From: Prorocentrum cordatum
Lineage: Eukaryota
DNA length: 64,000 nucleotides
NCBI GenBank assembly: GCA_963575745.1
Contig: CAUYUJ010000325.1
Coordinates: 496,001 to 560,000, forward strand
Reading direction: 5' to 3'
The translations under genes were made by a program, and so were the position numbers. Positions 49,885-63,430 of the stretch are shown one piece after another. The notes under the pieces were generated by a model. The model saw only the letters and a program-made list of their open reading frames with translations. It was not told the origin of the DNA and did not search any database. The first letter of the stretch is position 1. Each line of letters opens with the position of its first letter.

Positions 49885-50817
49885 AGACGCCCGGGGCATG
49901 TCATGTCTCGCCTGCGCACAGCCAGCCAGCCGACGCAGGGGCGCCAGGCGCCAGCGCCCTAGAACGTCGCGGGCGAGACGGAAGCCGCGCGGCACGACCG
50001 GCCAAGGGAGGGAGGGCGTCGGACACGCCAGGCGCCCGGGGCAGCCGTGCTCGGTCCGCGGCCACGGCGCCCGGCCTGGGCAGGCTGGCGCGGAAGAGGA
50101 TTCGAGCCATGAAGGGGCCCTGGGACACACGAATAAATACACACAAATACCAGGATGCCCCATATTTTCCCATATGTTCTGCGTTTCTGTCTTCCCCCCC
50201 ACTTCCCAGATTTTCCCACGTCTTCCTGGGAATCGGCGATTAGTTGTGTTGTGTGTTTTTGTTCCCCTCCTGAAGCCAGCATGCCGCGGGAGAGGAGGGG
50301 CTGGCGACAAGCCGCGGAGGAGTTCCGAGCCGCCGCGGCGGGGGGCGGCACAGTGCCGCTCAGGGGGAGCGGCGCCTCGCTCGCCCTCGAGGCGAGAAGG
50401 GGCAGGTGCGAGGCACAGTGGCTAAAGGGCCTCGCGGGGTCCAGGTGTATTGGGAGACGGCCGAGGGGCCGTTCCAATACGGGGTCCGTAGGCAGAGGCG
50501 AGGAGTAGGACTCCTTGTCCAGGGCACTGCGCAGGAAGCAGTGCACTGTTAGTGTATTGCCAATACCTGAGCCAATACAGTTGCGGTAAGAAAGGATACG
50601 AAAAAAGGAAGTGAGCGGACTTCACACACACGGTCAGCCGCCCTCGGTCCACCGAGACCCGAGGCCAAGCCGGTGCGACGCCGCGACCGGTCGTGCCGCG
50701 CGCGAGCCTGCGGGCAGCCCGGGCTCGAAGGGCGCCGCTGTGGGGGAGCGGGCACCCAGCACACGACGGCGCCCAGCCGAGGAAGGCGTCCAAGTGCGTC
50801 GCCTCGTGGTAGACTTA

Positions 50818-50969
50818 GGTCGGACATGTCCCTCTACAAGCTGCTTTTGGATGAAGAATTTAACATACCCCAAAGTATTCAGAGATAGTCAACAATGGTC
50901 AAAAAATCGTCCCCAGACTATTCTTTTACTATTTCTGAATATTCCCCCTGTAGAGGGACAGGCCCGACG
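50818..50969. mobile_element. MITE copy flanked by TTA and TAA
   Basis: Same TIRs and core as 47509-47659. Confidence 0.8.
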
Positions 50970-51217
50970 TAATGGTAGACCGGGCCAATGCCAATCTGGG
51001 CGGTGTGGCAGGTGCACCATGCCTGCCAGTTGCGAGGGGCAGACAACGGCGCCGCCCAAGGCCGAGGGTGGGCACAACGGAAGCTGTGAGCCACCGGGGG
51101 CGCGCTCGGGCGGCCCGCGCTGAGGCGCGGGGCCTGGCTGGCCAAGGGTCGGCCGCCTCCGACCATGATGATGGGCGTGTTTTCTACCACCACCACCACC
51201 ATAAGTTGGAGGGGGGG

Positions 51218-51770
<553 letters not shown>

Positions 51771-52139
51771 TCCTCCAACTTATCGTGGTGGTGGTGGAAA
51801 ACAAGCGCATCAGACCATGGGTCGGGGGCACCGAGCGGCTGGTCGGTGCGCCCGCCAGTCCGGGCAGCCGCGGCCTCCATCGCACGGAGGAGCGCTCTGA
51901 CCGTCAGCTGCACGGGCGCGCGGGGGGGGGTGCGCCGGGCTGCGCTGGCCAGAAGGGCGGCGGCGTCGCGGGGAAGCTGGCGTCCCGGCTGGCGATCGTC
52001 GCCCTGACTGCCAGAGAGGATCTGGGGGCCAGTGCCCGCCGCGGTGTCCTGGGAAGAGAAGATGCGGTGCAGGGGCCCGCGCCGTAGGGGGGGTCAGGCC
52101 CGAGGCGGCGGTCATCCCGCAGGTCCTTGCGCGACGTCA

Positions 52140-52200
<61 letters not shown>

Positions 52201-52516
52201 ACACTGTGGTGTCGCAGCCACGCGCGCAGCAACGCGGCGGAGGCAGGCAAGCTATGGAGGCAGGCAAGCTATGGAGGCTGGAAAAGGTCGCGCGCGGCGG
52301 ACCCAGCTCAGCGGCAGCGGGGCGTGAAGGGTTCACCCATAGGGGAACCACGCTGCACGACTCGGGGGGGCAGCCGCAAGGAGGCACGAGAGGGGGTCGA
52401 CGTGGGAACGGGGAGGCAGCGAGCAGGAAGCAAGAACAGAAGGGAGGTGTGTAGGTCATGCGCGAGCGCAATCAGCGAACAGTGGCGGACCAACAAGGTT
52501 CAACAGGGAGCACACC

Positions 52517-52548
<32 letters not shown>

Positions 52549-53244
52549 GCGCGGTCGCGGCCTCGCGCGCGGCGAAAAGGCGGAGCAAATCGACCAGTCG
52601 GAGCGAGCGAGCGCGCGCAGCCAGGCCCTCCGCCGCGGGACCACTTTGGATCGACCGCACATACCACCCGGGCAGGGTGGGGAGTGAGAAGATTGAGACA
52701 GCGTCCGAAGACAAAGACGATGGTACACGACAGCGGCACCGACGTGTGGGAGACGAACGGGACTGACACCCGAGAAGGGCGGCGACACACACACACACAC
52801 ACACACGCACACAAGCACACACACACACACGCACACACACACACACACACACCGCCAGCATTGAGAAAACCCAATGCGCCCGAGGACTGGGCAGGTTAGG
52901 GTGGTGGAGTACCTAGATATCCGGCGTCGTGTCTTTTTCACTACCTTGACCCCCCGAAGTCTACACCCCTTCCCTGGGGCCGGTTTTACATCCCTACATG
53001 TTAATTGACGGTCTGGGGGCTCGATGAAGGCCCCCGGAAACTGAAAGCGACCAGAAATCTTCGTCGTGATTTCTTCGCGACGAGAGGAGGGCTGGAGAAA
53101 GTGATGGAGGAGGTGGAGGTGGAGAGGCCCTCTTCGACAATGCACTCACGCGAGCGCCGAATTCTCAGTGGCTACCATGGGGCGGCCGCACACGCCGGGG
53201 CCTGGAGAGACCGCGGGCCCAGGCGGCGGCAGGTGCCGATTCCA

Positions 53245-54724
<1,480 letters not shown>

Positions 54725-54746
54725 TCCGTAGCCATTTTGGCTCAAG
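54725..54746 (+). other. Complete dinoflagellate spliced leader (DinoSL), retroposed
   Basis: TCCGTAGCCATTTTGGCTCAAG is an exact match to DCCGTAGCCATTTTGGCTCAAG and is not followed by a GT donor. Confidence 0.97.
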
Positions 54747-54749
54747 TCA

Positions 54750-54766
54750 GTAGCGTTTCGCTCAAG
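54750..54766 (+). other. Degenerate relic spliced leader
   Basis: GTAGCGTTTCGCTCAAG versus SL GTAGCCATTTTGGCTCAAG, 3 nt downstream of the intact SL. Confidence 0.65.
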
Positions 54767-54945
54767 GGCTTGACATTGTGGCAAGGGGTTCTGCGGCCTC
54801 AAATGCTCGAGCCTCCAGCAGCCTGCCCAGGCAGGAGACCCCTCTCTTTTCATCTTCTCATTCCCATACTGTACTGCGGGTTGCCCGCACTCTTTGCGAC
54901 CATCCTGTGCTGTAAGGGCGCCTCGGCACTTGCGGCCCAGGCGCG

Positions 54946-56113
54946 ATGGTTCCTTCTCTCTCGGGCCATCGGAAGCAAAGAAGGGCTTGGGCATCTCCGT
55001 GGTACTGCAAACACTGCTGGTCACCGTCGGGTAAGGACAAGTAAGTGGTGGAACAGAGCTGATTGCGAGAGCTGTACTAAGTGTGGTCAGCACAAACCAT
55101 CGGCGTTTGCGGGGCATAAGCAGCCGCTTCTACCGTCGAGGAGTGTTTCGTATGATGACGCTGAGCAGGGTTCCAATACTGCGACAGCGAAACTGGAGGA
55201 GGAGCTCAAGAAGTGCAAGGACGAGCTGGCGCTGCTCAAGTCAGCTGCTGCCCGCGCGCCTGACCGCATGGAGGTGGATGACGGGGCCGTGGACCCTGCG
55301 CTCCAGGGCGGGATGGAGGGCGCGCTGCGCAAGCAGCTGGCAGACACGTCCTCGCACATCGAGGCGCTCAAGGACATCCAGAACCCAGACGTCGTCGAGA
55401 CGCTGGGCAAGCTCCGTGCGAAGCAGCAGGACTTGCGCCAAAGGTTAGCGTCGGGCAAGCCACTGGATGTGCGTCTCAGGGAGATCGGGTTTCAGCACCA
55501 TAAGTTGGAGAAGCGGCGTGAGAAGCAGGAGGCGGCCGTCAAGGCAGCTCAGTCCGCGCTCGAGGAGGCCGAGCGCGACCTGCAGGAGGTGCAGGAGGGG
55601 CTTCGTGACACGTCGAAGGGGATCCTTGAGCTCGAGGAGACACGGCGGCAGCTGGTGGCGTCCACGCCGAGGCCTGCAGAGGGGGCGGTGGCCTCGCTTG
55701 AGCAAGTCCCCCCGCAGGCGGCAGGTCTCTCGGTCGCGAGGCTGGGCGAGATGCTCAGCAGTTTTGGCGGCACGCAGTCGATGGCTGAGAAGCTGCACGC
55801 AGTGTTGGAGGAGGTGCGCCAGGCCAAGGAGAAGCACAAGGAAGAGCGCCGGCGGGCTGAGGCTGAGCGACAGCAGGCCCCTGCCGCTCCCGATCCAGGA
55901 GAGCCGGCGGGGGCCGCGGCGTCAGCAACGGCCCCAGCCGCCAGCGCCGCGTTCATCCCCAATCCTGGCACTGACTCGCTGGACGCGCTCAAGGCGTTTG
56001 TCGAAAGTGTTAATGTTGAAGTGTCGTCGGAAGATTCCGAACTACGTGAGGCAGCCAAACGCGCAGGTGACAACTTGGCCCTCTTTGTCAAGCGGGCGGA
56101 AGTCACGGCTTAG
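54946..56113 (+). pseudogene. LINE ORF1: N-terminal C4 (RanBP2-like) zinc finger plus coiled coil, one frameshift
   Basis: ATG at 54946 reads ...PWYCKHCWSPSGKDK. Removing a 4-bp duplication (AAGT AAGT, 55039-55046) joins WWNRADCESCTKCG and the long heptad-rich frame ending at 56113. Confidence 0.75.
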
Positions 56114-56129
56114 TGGGGGCTCTAGGCGA

Positions 56130-56902
56130 TGCAGGCATGCAACCTTTGCTTTCATGTTTTTAGTCTCGGCACATCATATCGCAGAAATAAATAGAGTCGT
56201 GACAACGAATACCATTTCGCATGGACCATTGGCCACTATCTTGGAGTCGAAGCACACATCATTGAGTGACGGCGCCATAGTGGCCATGGCCCAGGAGCAT
56301 CATCGTTTACCCGAGCAGCTTCCTGATTTCCAAGTGCGCGTTACCGCGGCAGGATTTCATGGAGTTTGGGCGCCAGCCACCCCGGGCGAGGGAGGCGGTT
56401 CGCACGGCGGCGTCGCCGTGCTTGCGCCTAAGAGGATTCAAGTGACGGCGCCACCTTTGCTGCCTAGCTGCCTCATCAGCCCAGGGCAAGCGGTGGCAGG
56501 ACACATCCACACGTGTTGCAAGAAAGGGTGTGTGGCGATCTCGGCTTCTCTTCATACTTCGGCCCAGCGAATGTTAGCTTGCTGACAGAGATCGCTGCCT
56601 ACGTCAACCGCGTCCACAGCCTTGGCTACGAGCGGGTCATGGGAGGCGACTTCCAGATGCACCCTGACCAGATCTCGTCTTGGAGCGCTGGTATCGGAGC
56701 GGTGGTTGCGGCATCTGCAGGCCCCACGTGTATTCAATCGGTTCCAGGCGCTAAGATAGATTTCTTCGTGGTCAGCACCAACCTCGCCATCAGGACCAAG
56801 GCTCCCTTAGTGTGTGATGACATTGACACCTCTCCACATAAGCCAGTGGCGATGGAAATAGGTGGGCCTAAGACAGTCTCGTGGTGCCGAGTTCCCAAGT
56901 AG
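56130..56902 (+). pseudogene. LINE ORF2 apurinic/apyrimidinic-like endonuclease domain
   Basis: Motifs in order: VTTN, AMAQEHH, GGVAVLA, VMGGDFQMHP, IDFFVVS, SPHKPV. Frameshift near 56550. Confidence 0.85.
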
Positions 56903-57479
56903 CCGAACATATTCCCGACAGTTGCCAAGCCTGGTTGTGGCAGACATCCCAGGCTCTGGCCAAATTTCCATGCGCGGCTGACGCAGGCTGCGGGCGCAGA
57001 TGATTTGCGCGAGTTCTGGGATACTTTCCTTCACGGGATGGAAGCAGAGTGTTGCGATCGACACGATGTCGTCGAGGATGCAGTTCAACCATCTGCCAGG
57101 CATGGCTGTCCGCGGGAGATGCAGCGGCGGCGCTTGCAGTTCGCCCCGAGACATCGACTTCCGCAGAAGAGCTCCGTGCAGGCGGCTTGGAGCGTGGCGG
57201 CCAGGTGGGCCCGTCACCTGCGAAGTGTCGATGCGGCGATTCAAATTTATCTCGTCTCTCGGTCGACGATGGAGATCAGGAGCGACGGCTCCAGCGCGCA
57301 GCTCGCGTGCCCTACGAGGTGGAGAAGTTCTGCCAGAGGATCTGCTCCCACGGCTGGGTCTCCGCGCACCCGGGCGACATCGCGGCGGGGTTCTTCGGGG
57401 CGGGCACTGACGTCCTGGGCGACCCGTCCTTCGCGGACCTGGTGCAGCGGATCTTGGGCAGGGCTGCCCTCCACGAGGC

Positions 57480-58635
57480 AGTCTTTCTTGCGGTGAAAAC
57501 TGAGGAGTGGCAGGCTTGGGTCAGGCCCTCTTTTTCGAGCGGAGCTCGAGCAGCTCACCGCTACTCCAAAACCAAGGCGGTCCAGGAAGCCGTGGGAGCC
57601 ACCGAGCGGGTCCAACCCTTCGAGCTGGCGGATGAGTGCTTGTCCGAGCGGGGTTCGTCTTGGGCCACCCGCAGAGCTCCTGAGCTTCCTGGAGACTATT
57701 CGTCTTGGGAGCCCCATGCCGGACATCGCTGTGCCAGCGCTGCGTGCTGCGATAGGCCAGTTCGCAGAGCGAACGGCAATAAGGTTTCCGTCAATACATC
57801 CTCGGTCGCTGATGTACCTTTCGGGCGAGGCCCTCGAGGCCTTTGCGTCATTGCTGCATCGGCGCGAGCCGGTAGGAGCGTGGCCTTCGCGAAGGCTCGT
57901 ATCGAAGCTGATCAGGCTGCCAAAGCCAGATGGGGGCCATCAGCCGCATTGCGCCGTTAGATTCGCTGATATGGATCTGGCCCAGGGTCCGCAGGCCTGT
58001 CTCTGAGCGCTGGGAGTGCGACAATAGGACGGAGGAGTTCTGGGGTAGCGGGCTGGGGAGGAGTGCGAGTGATTCAGCTTTTGATTTAAACCGTTCGGCT
58101 GAGATTGCCAGGGCCAAAGGTTGGCACTGGATAAGCGTACTTCTCGACATGGCCAAGTGCTGCGAAAAAACTAGGTTGTCAGTTCTCTTCGACATTTACA
58201 GAGCAGTAGGCTTTCCTCTGAGGTTAGGATGGATGTTGATCCAATCGTAGATTACGCCCAGGTGTATTGAAGCTCACGGATCGCTGTCTGAATTTTATGT
58301 CTCGTACCAGGGGGACCTGGCTGGGCGCGGCCACGCGCGTGCCAACATGTCAGCTGTTATGTTAAATCCTGTCAGGCAGACCATTTCCAGATGTCCGCCC
58401 ATCAACGCTCGGGCTTCCACGGGCGACGTTTCTCTCCAGTGGCAGGGGCCAGACGTGCAAAATGCAGAGCTGGCGTTCGCTGCGGTCCGAGATCTGCGCC
58501 TCCGACTCACCACGGTCGGCCTTCTGCTGCAGCCGAAAAAGCCTGGTTTCCTGGCCCACTCGATCGCTGTCGAAAAGAAAGTCAGTCTCTCGGCGCGACG
58601 GTTGGGGATTGAAAGCAAGGCGAATTTTAACACAC
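57480..58635 (+). pseudogene. LINE ORF2 reverse transcriptase, heavily decayed
   Basis: LPKPDGGHQP, IAPLDSLIWIWPRVRRP..WE, FWG..GRSASDSAF, VLLDMAKCCEK and QGDLAG. The YxDD motif is degraded to STGD; multiple stops and frameshifts. Confidence 0.8.
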
Positions 58636-58639
58636 AATA

Positions 58640-59593
58640 CCCAAGCCCTCCTCGTGGGAAGCGTGGGTCGAGCCCCTTGCTCGATGCAGATCTGGGTGAA
58701 CGTCATGCTGTTGCGTATCCTGGTTAAGATGTTCTGGTGTGTTCTGGTCCAGAGCCTACAGACAGACGACTTCGAAGGGGATATCGGAGCGTCGCCAATT
58801 TTACAGAGTTCGAGTTCGACGATTAGTGTTACTGCACCATCCTTCTCTGAGGACTTCCATGAAGATCCGCCGGTGGGATGAGGTGATAAAAAAAGAGGGT
58901 TTGCAGGGCTCGAAGGTGAAGGGGCGCCGACGGGACCGTGCCAATGAGATTCAGAAAATGCAGGAGTCACTACGTTCACTCGCTGGGAGAGTGGGAGGTG
59001 GCTACCAAACGAGACGGCAGCAACAGACCAAGCTATATCGGGGCTCCCGACTGCTGGATGACGTCCGAATGCTGATCAAGAAGGTCGATGAGATGGGTTA
59101 CAGACCCACGAATGAGCAGGTCCGAGAGAAGCTCCAGCAGCTCTTGGGCAAGCCCACTACGAAGCAGAAGCAGCAGCAGCAGCCCAAGCAACAGCAGCAG
59201 CAGCAGCACCACCACCACCACCAACAGCCGAAGAATCTCAAAGTTGTCAAGAGTCCGCGGAGTGATGACTGCCCGATCTGGACAGCGAAGAGGCTGCAGG
59301 ATTGTCATTATGAGCGGCCTCATTTGATGGTGTGTCAGAATGAGAAGGAGCACGACGCTACACGGAGATGGTTGGACGCCCTGGGGGGCGCAGAGCGATC
59401 GGCCACTATCATCATTTTCAATGTGCAGCGCATCCTGGAGGGCTCGGTCTTCGGAGATACGCTGGTGGACGCCCCCCAGGGCATAGGAACGATGACGCAG
59501 AGGGGCTTGGTTCTGGAGCTGGGCGCAACTCCACCAAAGAAGAAAGGCCCCCCCCCCCCCAACGGCGCGCAGGACGACGTGCCTATGGGCTAG
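58640..59593 (+). mobile_element. Unrelated coding fragment (basic/Q-rich, possibly ORF1 of another element) interrupting the LINE
   Basis: 284-aa open frame 58739-59593 with no RT motifs, lying between the RT core and the RT C-terminal motif. Confidence 0.4.
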
Positions 59594-59862
59594 CGGCGGA
59601 GTTGATGGGCGCTAACGGTCGGGCCCATGTCACTGCTCATATTAGCACCCATCGCGACGTTAGCTACGATCACATAGTTGACGCTACAGCGCCGCCGGTT
59701 GTCCGTTATTGCTGTTGGGTCTGCGATCGTAGAGCGAACGACTCCGATATGCGCAAGGCTTGGCAGCTCGCTTTCGACACGCTTGCTGCGAAATCATCGT
59801 GGGCCCAGCTCCGAGGCCCTATTGGGGCCGTCATTTTGAGCCTCCGCCGTATCCACTGGCAC
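59594..59862 (+). pseudogene. Resumed post-RT region of the LINE ORF2
   Basis: MRKAWQLAFDTLAAKSSWAQLRGPIGAVILSLRRIHW resembles the W..V.GP..A...L.R..W motif recalled from dinoflagellate LINE ORF2 proteins (not searched). Confidence 0.6.
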
Positions 59863-59979
59863 GGAGGAGGTGAGGACCAGAGTCGGGGGCGGAGGAATGG
59901 CGCATGACGGGCGCCTGGCTGGGCCGCGATCGGCTCGGGAAGAGGCAATCGTCCTTCAGGCCACGTACTCTGGGAGCGC

Positions 59980-59996
59980 ATATACAGATACATACA

Positions 59997-60039
<43 letters not shown>

Positions 60040-60070
60040 ACCACATATCACATATACGTACATATACATG

Positions 60071-60102
<32 letters not shown>

Positions 60103-60173
60103 TACCACCTTGCCTCTTATAGACATGCATGTATGTATGTGTATATGCGCATGTACACTTACCCGATGTATGC

Positions 60174-60207
<34 letters not shown>

Positions 60208-60210
60208 AGA
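59980..60210. repeat. (TA)n/(TG)n AT-rich microsatellite region
   Basis: Seen directly. Confidence 0.9.
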
Positions 60211-62324
60211 CGCAGTTGCGAACATGTTGGTGCATGTGTGTGCGCACGTGTCCACCATATGGGGTCTCCAATCAACAAACACATGAGATCCCCCGCCCCC
60301 CCCCCCCCCCCCCCCCCTTCCCCCGAACCGCCGCCCCCCTCGAGGGCGCCCGTGGCAACCCCACAGGACCAGATCACGCGCTGCCCGCGACCCGACCCCC
60401 AGCGCGACCGCCAGGGGGCCCCCAAAAAAAACACGCAGGCCGTAGCGGCCCGCTGGGGTGGGAAGGGCGGCCCCGCCGCCGCGCCGCTCCACGGCCGCCG
60501 CTTGGCTCGGCGGCGGGGCCCACGGGTCTGGCGGGTCGGCGCAGCGGCCATTGCATGACCCCCCCCCCCCCCCCGCCTCCGCCACAACCCACAAACCAAA
60601 AAGCTAAGCATGGCATATCATAGCATGGCGGGCGTTAGTGCGCCACCGAAGTAGATGCGAGGTTAGCTGCTGAGGTATGTGTCAGTGCACTTCGCTCGGG
60701 TCTGTTCGCTCTCATGCGCGGGCGCTCGCGTGCGATGCCTGGATTCTGCATGGACCACCGCGCTACACGTGGCCGCGCGTTTCCCTGGAAATCCCTTTTT
60801 TGTCTCCACTTTCGATCCAGCATCTTCTAGCCCGCGTACCCTTCGGCATGCCAGCCGACGTTTCATAGGACAGCGCGCCGCAGAGAGCATGGCCGCGCCC
60901 GCGTGGCCGCACACTGGGGCGCGGGCACGGCCGCGCCCGCGCGGCCGTAGACGCCCCCCCGTGGAAGGACGACGCCCCCGCGGAAAGATGCACGGCCGCG
61001 CCCGCGCGGCCGTGCACTGGGGCGCGGGCACGGCCACGCGGGCGCGGCAGTCAACGCGGCGCGCAGCAGTCAAAGCCTAAGTCCATTCACATCGAAGTCG
61101 CCGACTGGCAACTCAGATCAGGCATGGCCGCCGCGACGACCGAGCGCGGCTCCAAGCCGCGCCTGGGCCGCCGACGCGGCCAACTGGGCCGAGACGTGGC
61201 CCCGCGATCAGTGCCCCTCGCCTTGGGCGGCGAGCTTGCGTGCGTCGACGGGTTTAGGTTGCGGGGCCACCTTAGCGGCTTTCCGAGCGCGCCTGTGCAG
61301 AGCCAGAACCTCGCCCGCCTCTAAAGGCCGCTTGTTGGTCAGCACTGGAATCCCTGCGCGGAATGCGGCCCCTGCCGACGCATCCGCCAAATGGGCTCGG
61401 TCGCCAGCCGCGGGCCGCGCAAAAGCGGACGCCAAACCCGCTTTCGGGGGCTCTTCTTTCGCCGCGCTGGCAGGCGTGCCAGCGGACTTGGCGGCGGGCT
61501 TGCCTGGGTGGAAAGGCGGGCGCACGCCGGCCGAACCCGCCGAGAGGGGTGGCGAACGCGCCCCTGGTTGAGCCGCCGAAGCGGCCGGCTGGCGCGACGC
61601 GGCTGGAGCCGCCGAAACGGCGCCTGAGGCTGCCCCTTGCGAGGCTGCGTCCGCGAAACCGTCATGCTCAGCCACTGCGACAACACCCACAGCCACCCAA
61701 GTAACTTCCACGTTCGCCAGGGCACTGTCCTCTTTGCCAACAACCGAGAAAACGTGATATTGGTATTCTTTTGTGTTGGTATTCCAAATCTGAAATCAAC
61801 CAGGCGGCGCCCCTGCAGGGGTAGTGTGGATCTTGGCCGACACTCCTGGGGTCTGCTGGCCCTTCTCTCTTTTCCGCGCCACCTCGTCTTCGCTGAAAAA
61901 CATAATTATGGTAGGTTCGGGCGGCAGCATCAGGGCCCCAGCTGGCACTGCGCTTTTGGTCATGGCGCATTTCCTGGGCCGAGCCCGGGCATCTACCATC
62001 TGGGCGCACGGGGCCTCGGCGGCCGCTGCGGCCGAGACTTCGCGCACAGCGATGGCAAGGGAACCATTCACCGCCGAAGCGGCATTGGTCTCCAGCTCGC
62101 CTGGCGCGGGGCGGTCTGGCCACCCGTCTGGCGGCCGCGGCTGCTGCAGAGCAAGAGTGGCTGCCAGAGAGCCCATCGCTGCGAAGGTCTCCCAGGGCAT
62201 CGCGTGCGCCCCCCCATCTCCCGATCGCGGAGTCAGCTCTACGTAAACGCGGCGTTCTGCGTCTTTGAAAGCTCTCGAAACCCGCCGCGCCACTCGCGGC
62301 GCCCAAAGGGCGCTGGGCGAGCAA

Positions 62325-63430
62325 ACGCGACACGAAGGTACCCCGACATCATGGCACCGCGGGCAAGCCCAAAAACTGAAGCACGAACGTGCCCCGACAC
62401 TGTGGCACCGCGGGAAGCTGGGGCGCGAACGCGCCCCAGCTTCGGGCCTGCAATAAAACACTGGGGCACGAACGTGCCCCGACGCTGCGGCGCCGCGGGC
62501 AGCTGGGGCACGAACGCGCCCCAGCTTCGGGGCTGCAAAAAAAAAACCAGTGCGACCCTACCTAGGAGTTGGAACCCATGGGAAAGCAGCGCTAGTAGTA
62601 ACAGTAACGCTAAGCTAAAGCTCAGCTACAGCTAAGCTAAAGCTAAGCTAAAGCTAAGCTAAAGCTATGCTAAAGCTAAGCTAAAGCTAAGCTAAAGCTA
62701 AGCTAAAGCTAAGCCACAACTGAGCTGAAGTTAAGCTAAAGCTAAACTAAAGCTAAGCTACAGCTAAGCTAAAGCTGAGCTAAAGCTCAGCTACAGCTAA
62801 GCTCAAGCTAAGCTAAAGCTAATATACAGCTAAGCTAAAGCTAAGCTAAAGCTAAGCTAAGGCTAAGCTAAAGCTAAGCTAAAGCTAAGCTAAAGCTAAG
62901 CTAAAGCTAAAGCTAAGTTAAAGCTAAGCTAAAGCTAAGCTAAAGCTAAGCTAAAGCTAAGCTAAAGTTCAGCTACAGCTAAGCTCAAGCTAAGCTAAAA
63001 CTATGCTAAAGCTACGCTAAGACTAAGCTAAACGCTAAGCGACAAGCTAAGCGAAACGCTAAGCTAAAGCTAAGGTACAGCTAAGCTAAAGTTAAGCTAA
63101 AGCTAAGCTACAGCTAGAGCTAAAGCTAAAGCTTCCAGGGGACCGGGGGGAACCGCTCCCAGGGGACTGGGGGAACCGCCCGGGGCGTGTTGCACTGCCC
63201 GGCCCCTTTAAGCTAAGAGAGTAAGAACCCTTCTAGGCAGAGCCTAGGTAGGGAAAAATGGGGCACGAACGTGCCCCGACATTGTGGCACCGCAGGTGGC
63301 TGGGGCACGAACGCGCCCCAGCTGTTGGGCTGGAAAAAAACACCGGCGCACAAACGTGTCCCTCGAGGGTGTTCGCGGGCCCGAGCTGCTGGGCTGGAAA
63401 AAGGACTGGGGCACGAACGCGCGCCGGTAG
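62325..63430 (+). repeat. GGGGCACGAACG(T/C)GCCCC palindrome-unit array, split by an inner element
   Basis: The same units occur at 62380-62535 and 63259-63425. Confidence 0.75.
62547..63253 (+). mobile_element. Family C element: perfect 11-bp subterminal IR, (AGCTAAGCTAA)n core, 3' hairpin, inserted in an A-run
   Basis: CCCTACCTAGG at 62556-62566 and CCTAGGTAGGG at 63243-63253. Hairpin CCCT.CTAGGC-AGA-GCCTAG..AGGG at 63228-63253. A10 on the left and A5 on the right. Confidence 0.85.

Noticed and set aside
54725..54800. SL RNA gene
   Set aside because: The SL is followed by TCAG, not the GT donor and intron of an SL RNA. The flanks are a microsatellite and a LINE.
54737..54945. ORF-track N-terminus of the 458-aa ORF
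   Set aside because: It starts at a TTG inside the SL. The ATG at 54946 plus one 4-bp frameshift restores a complete zinc finger and is the better start.
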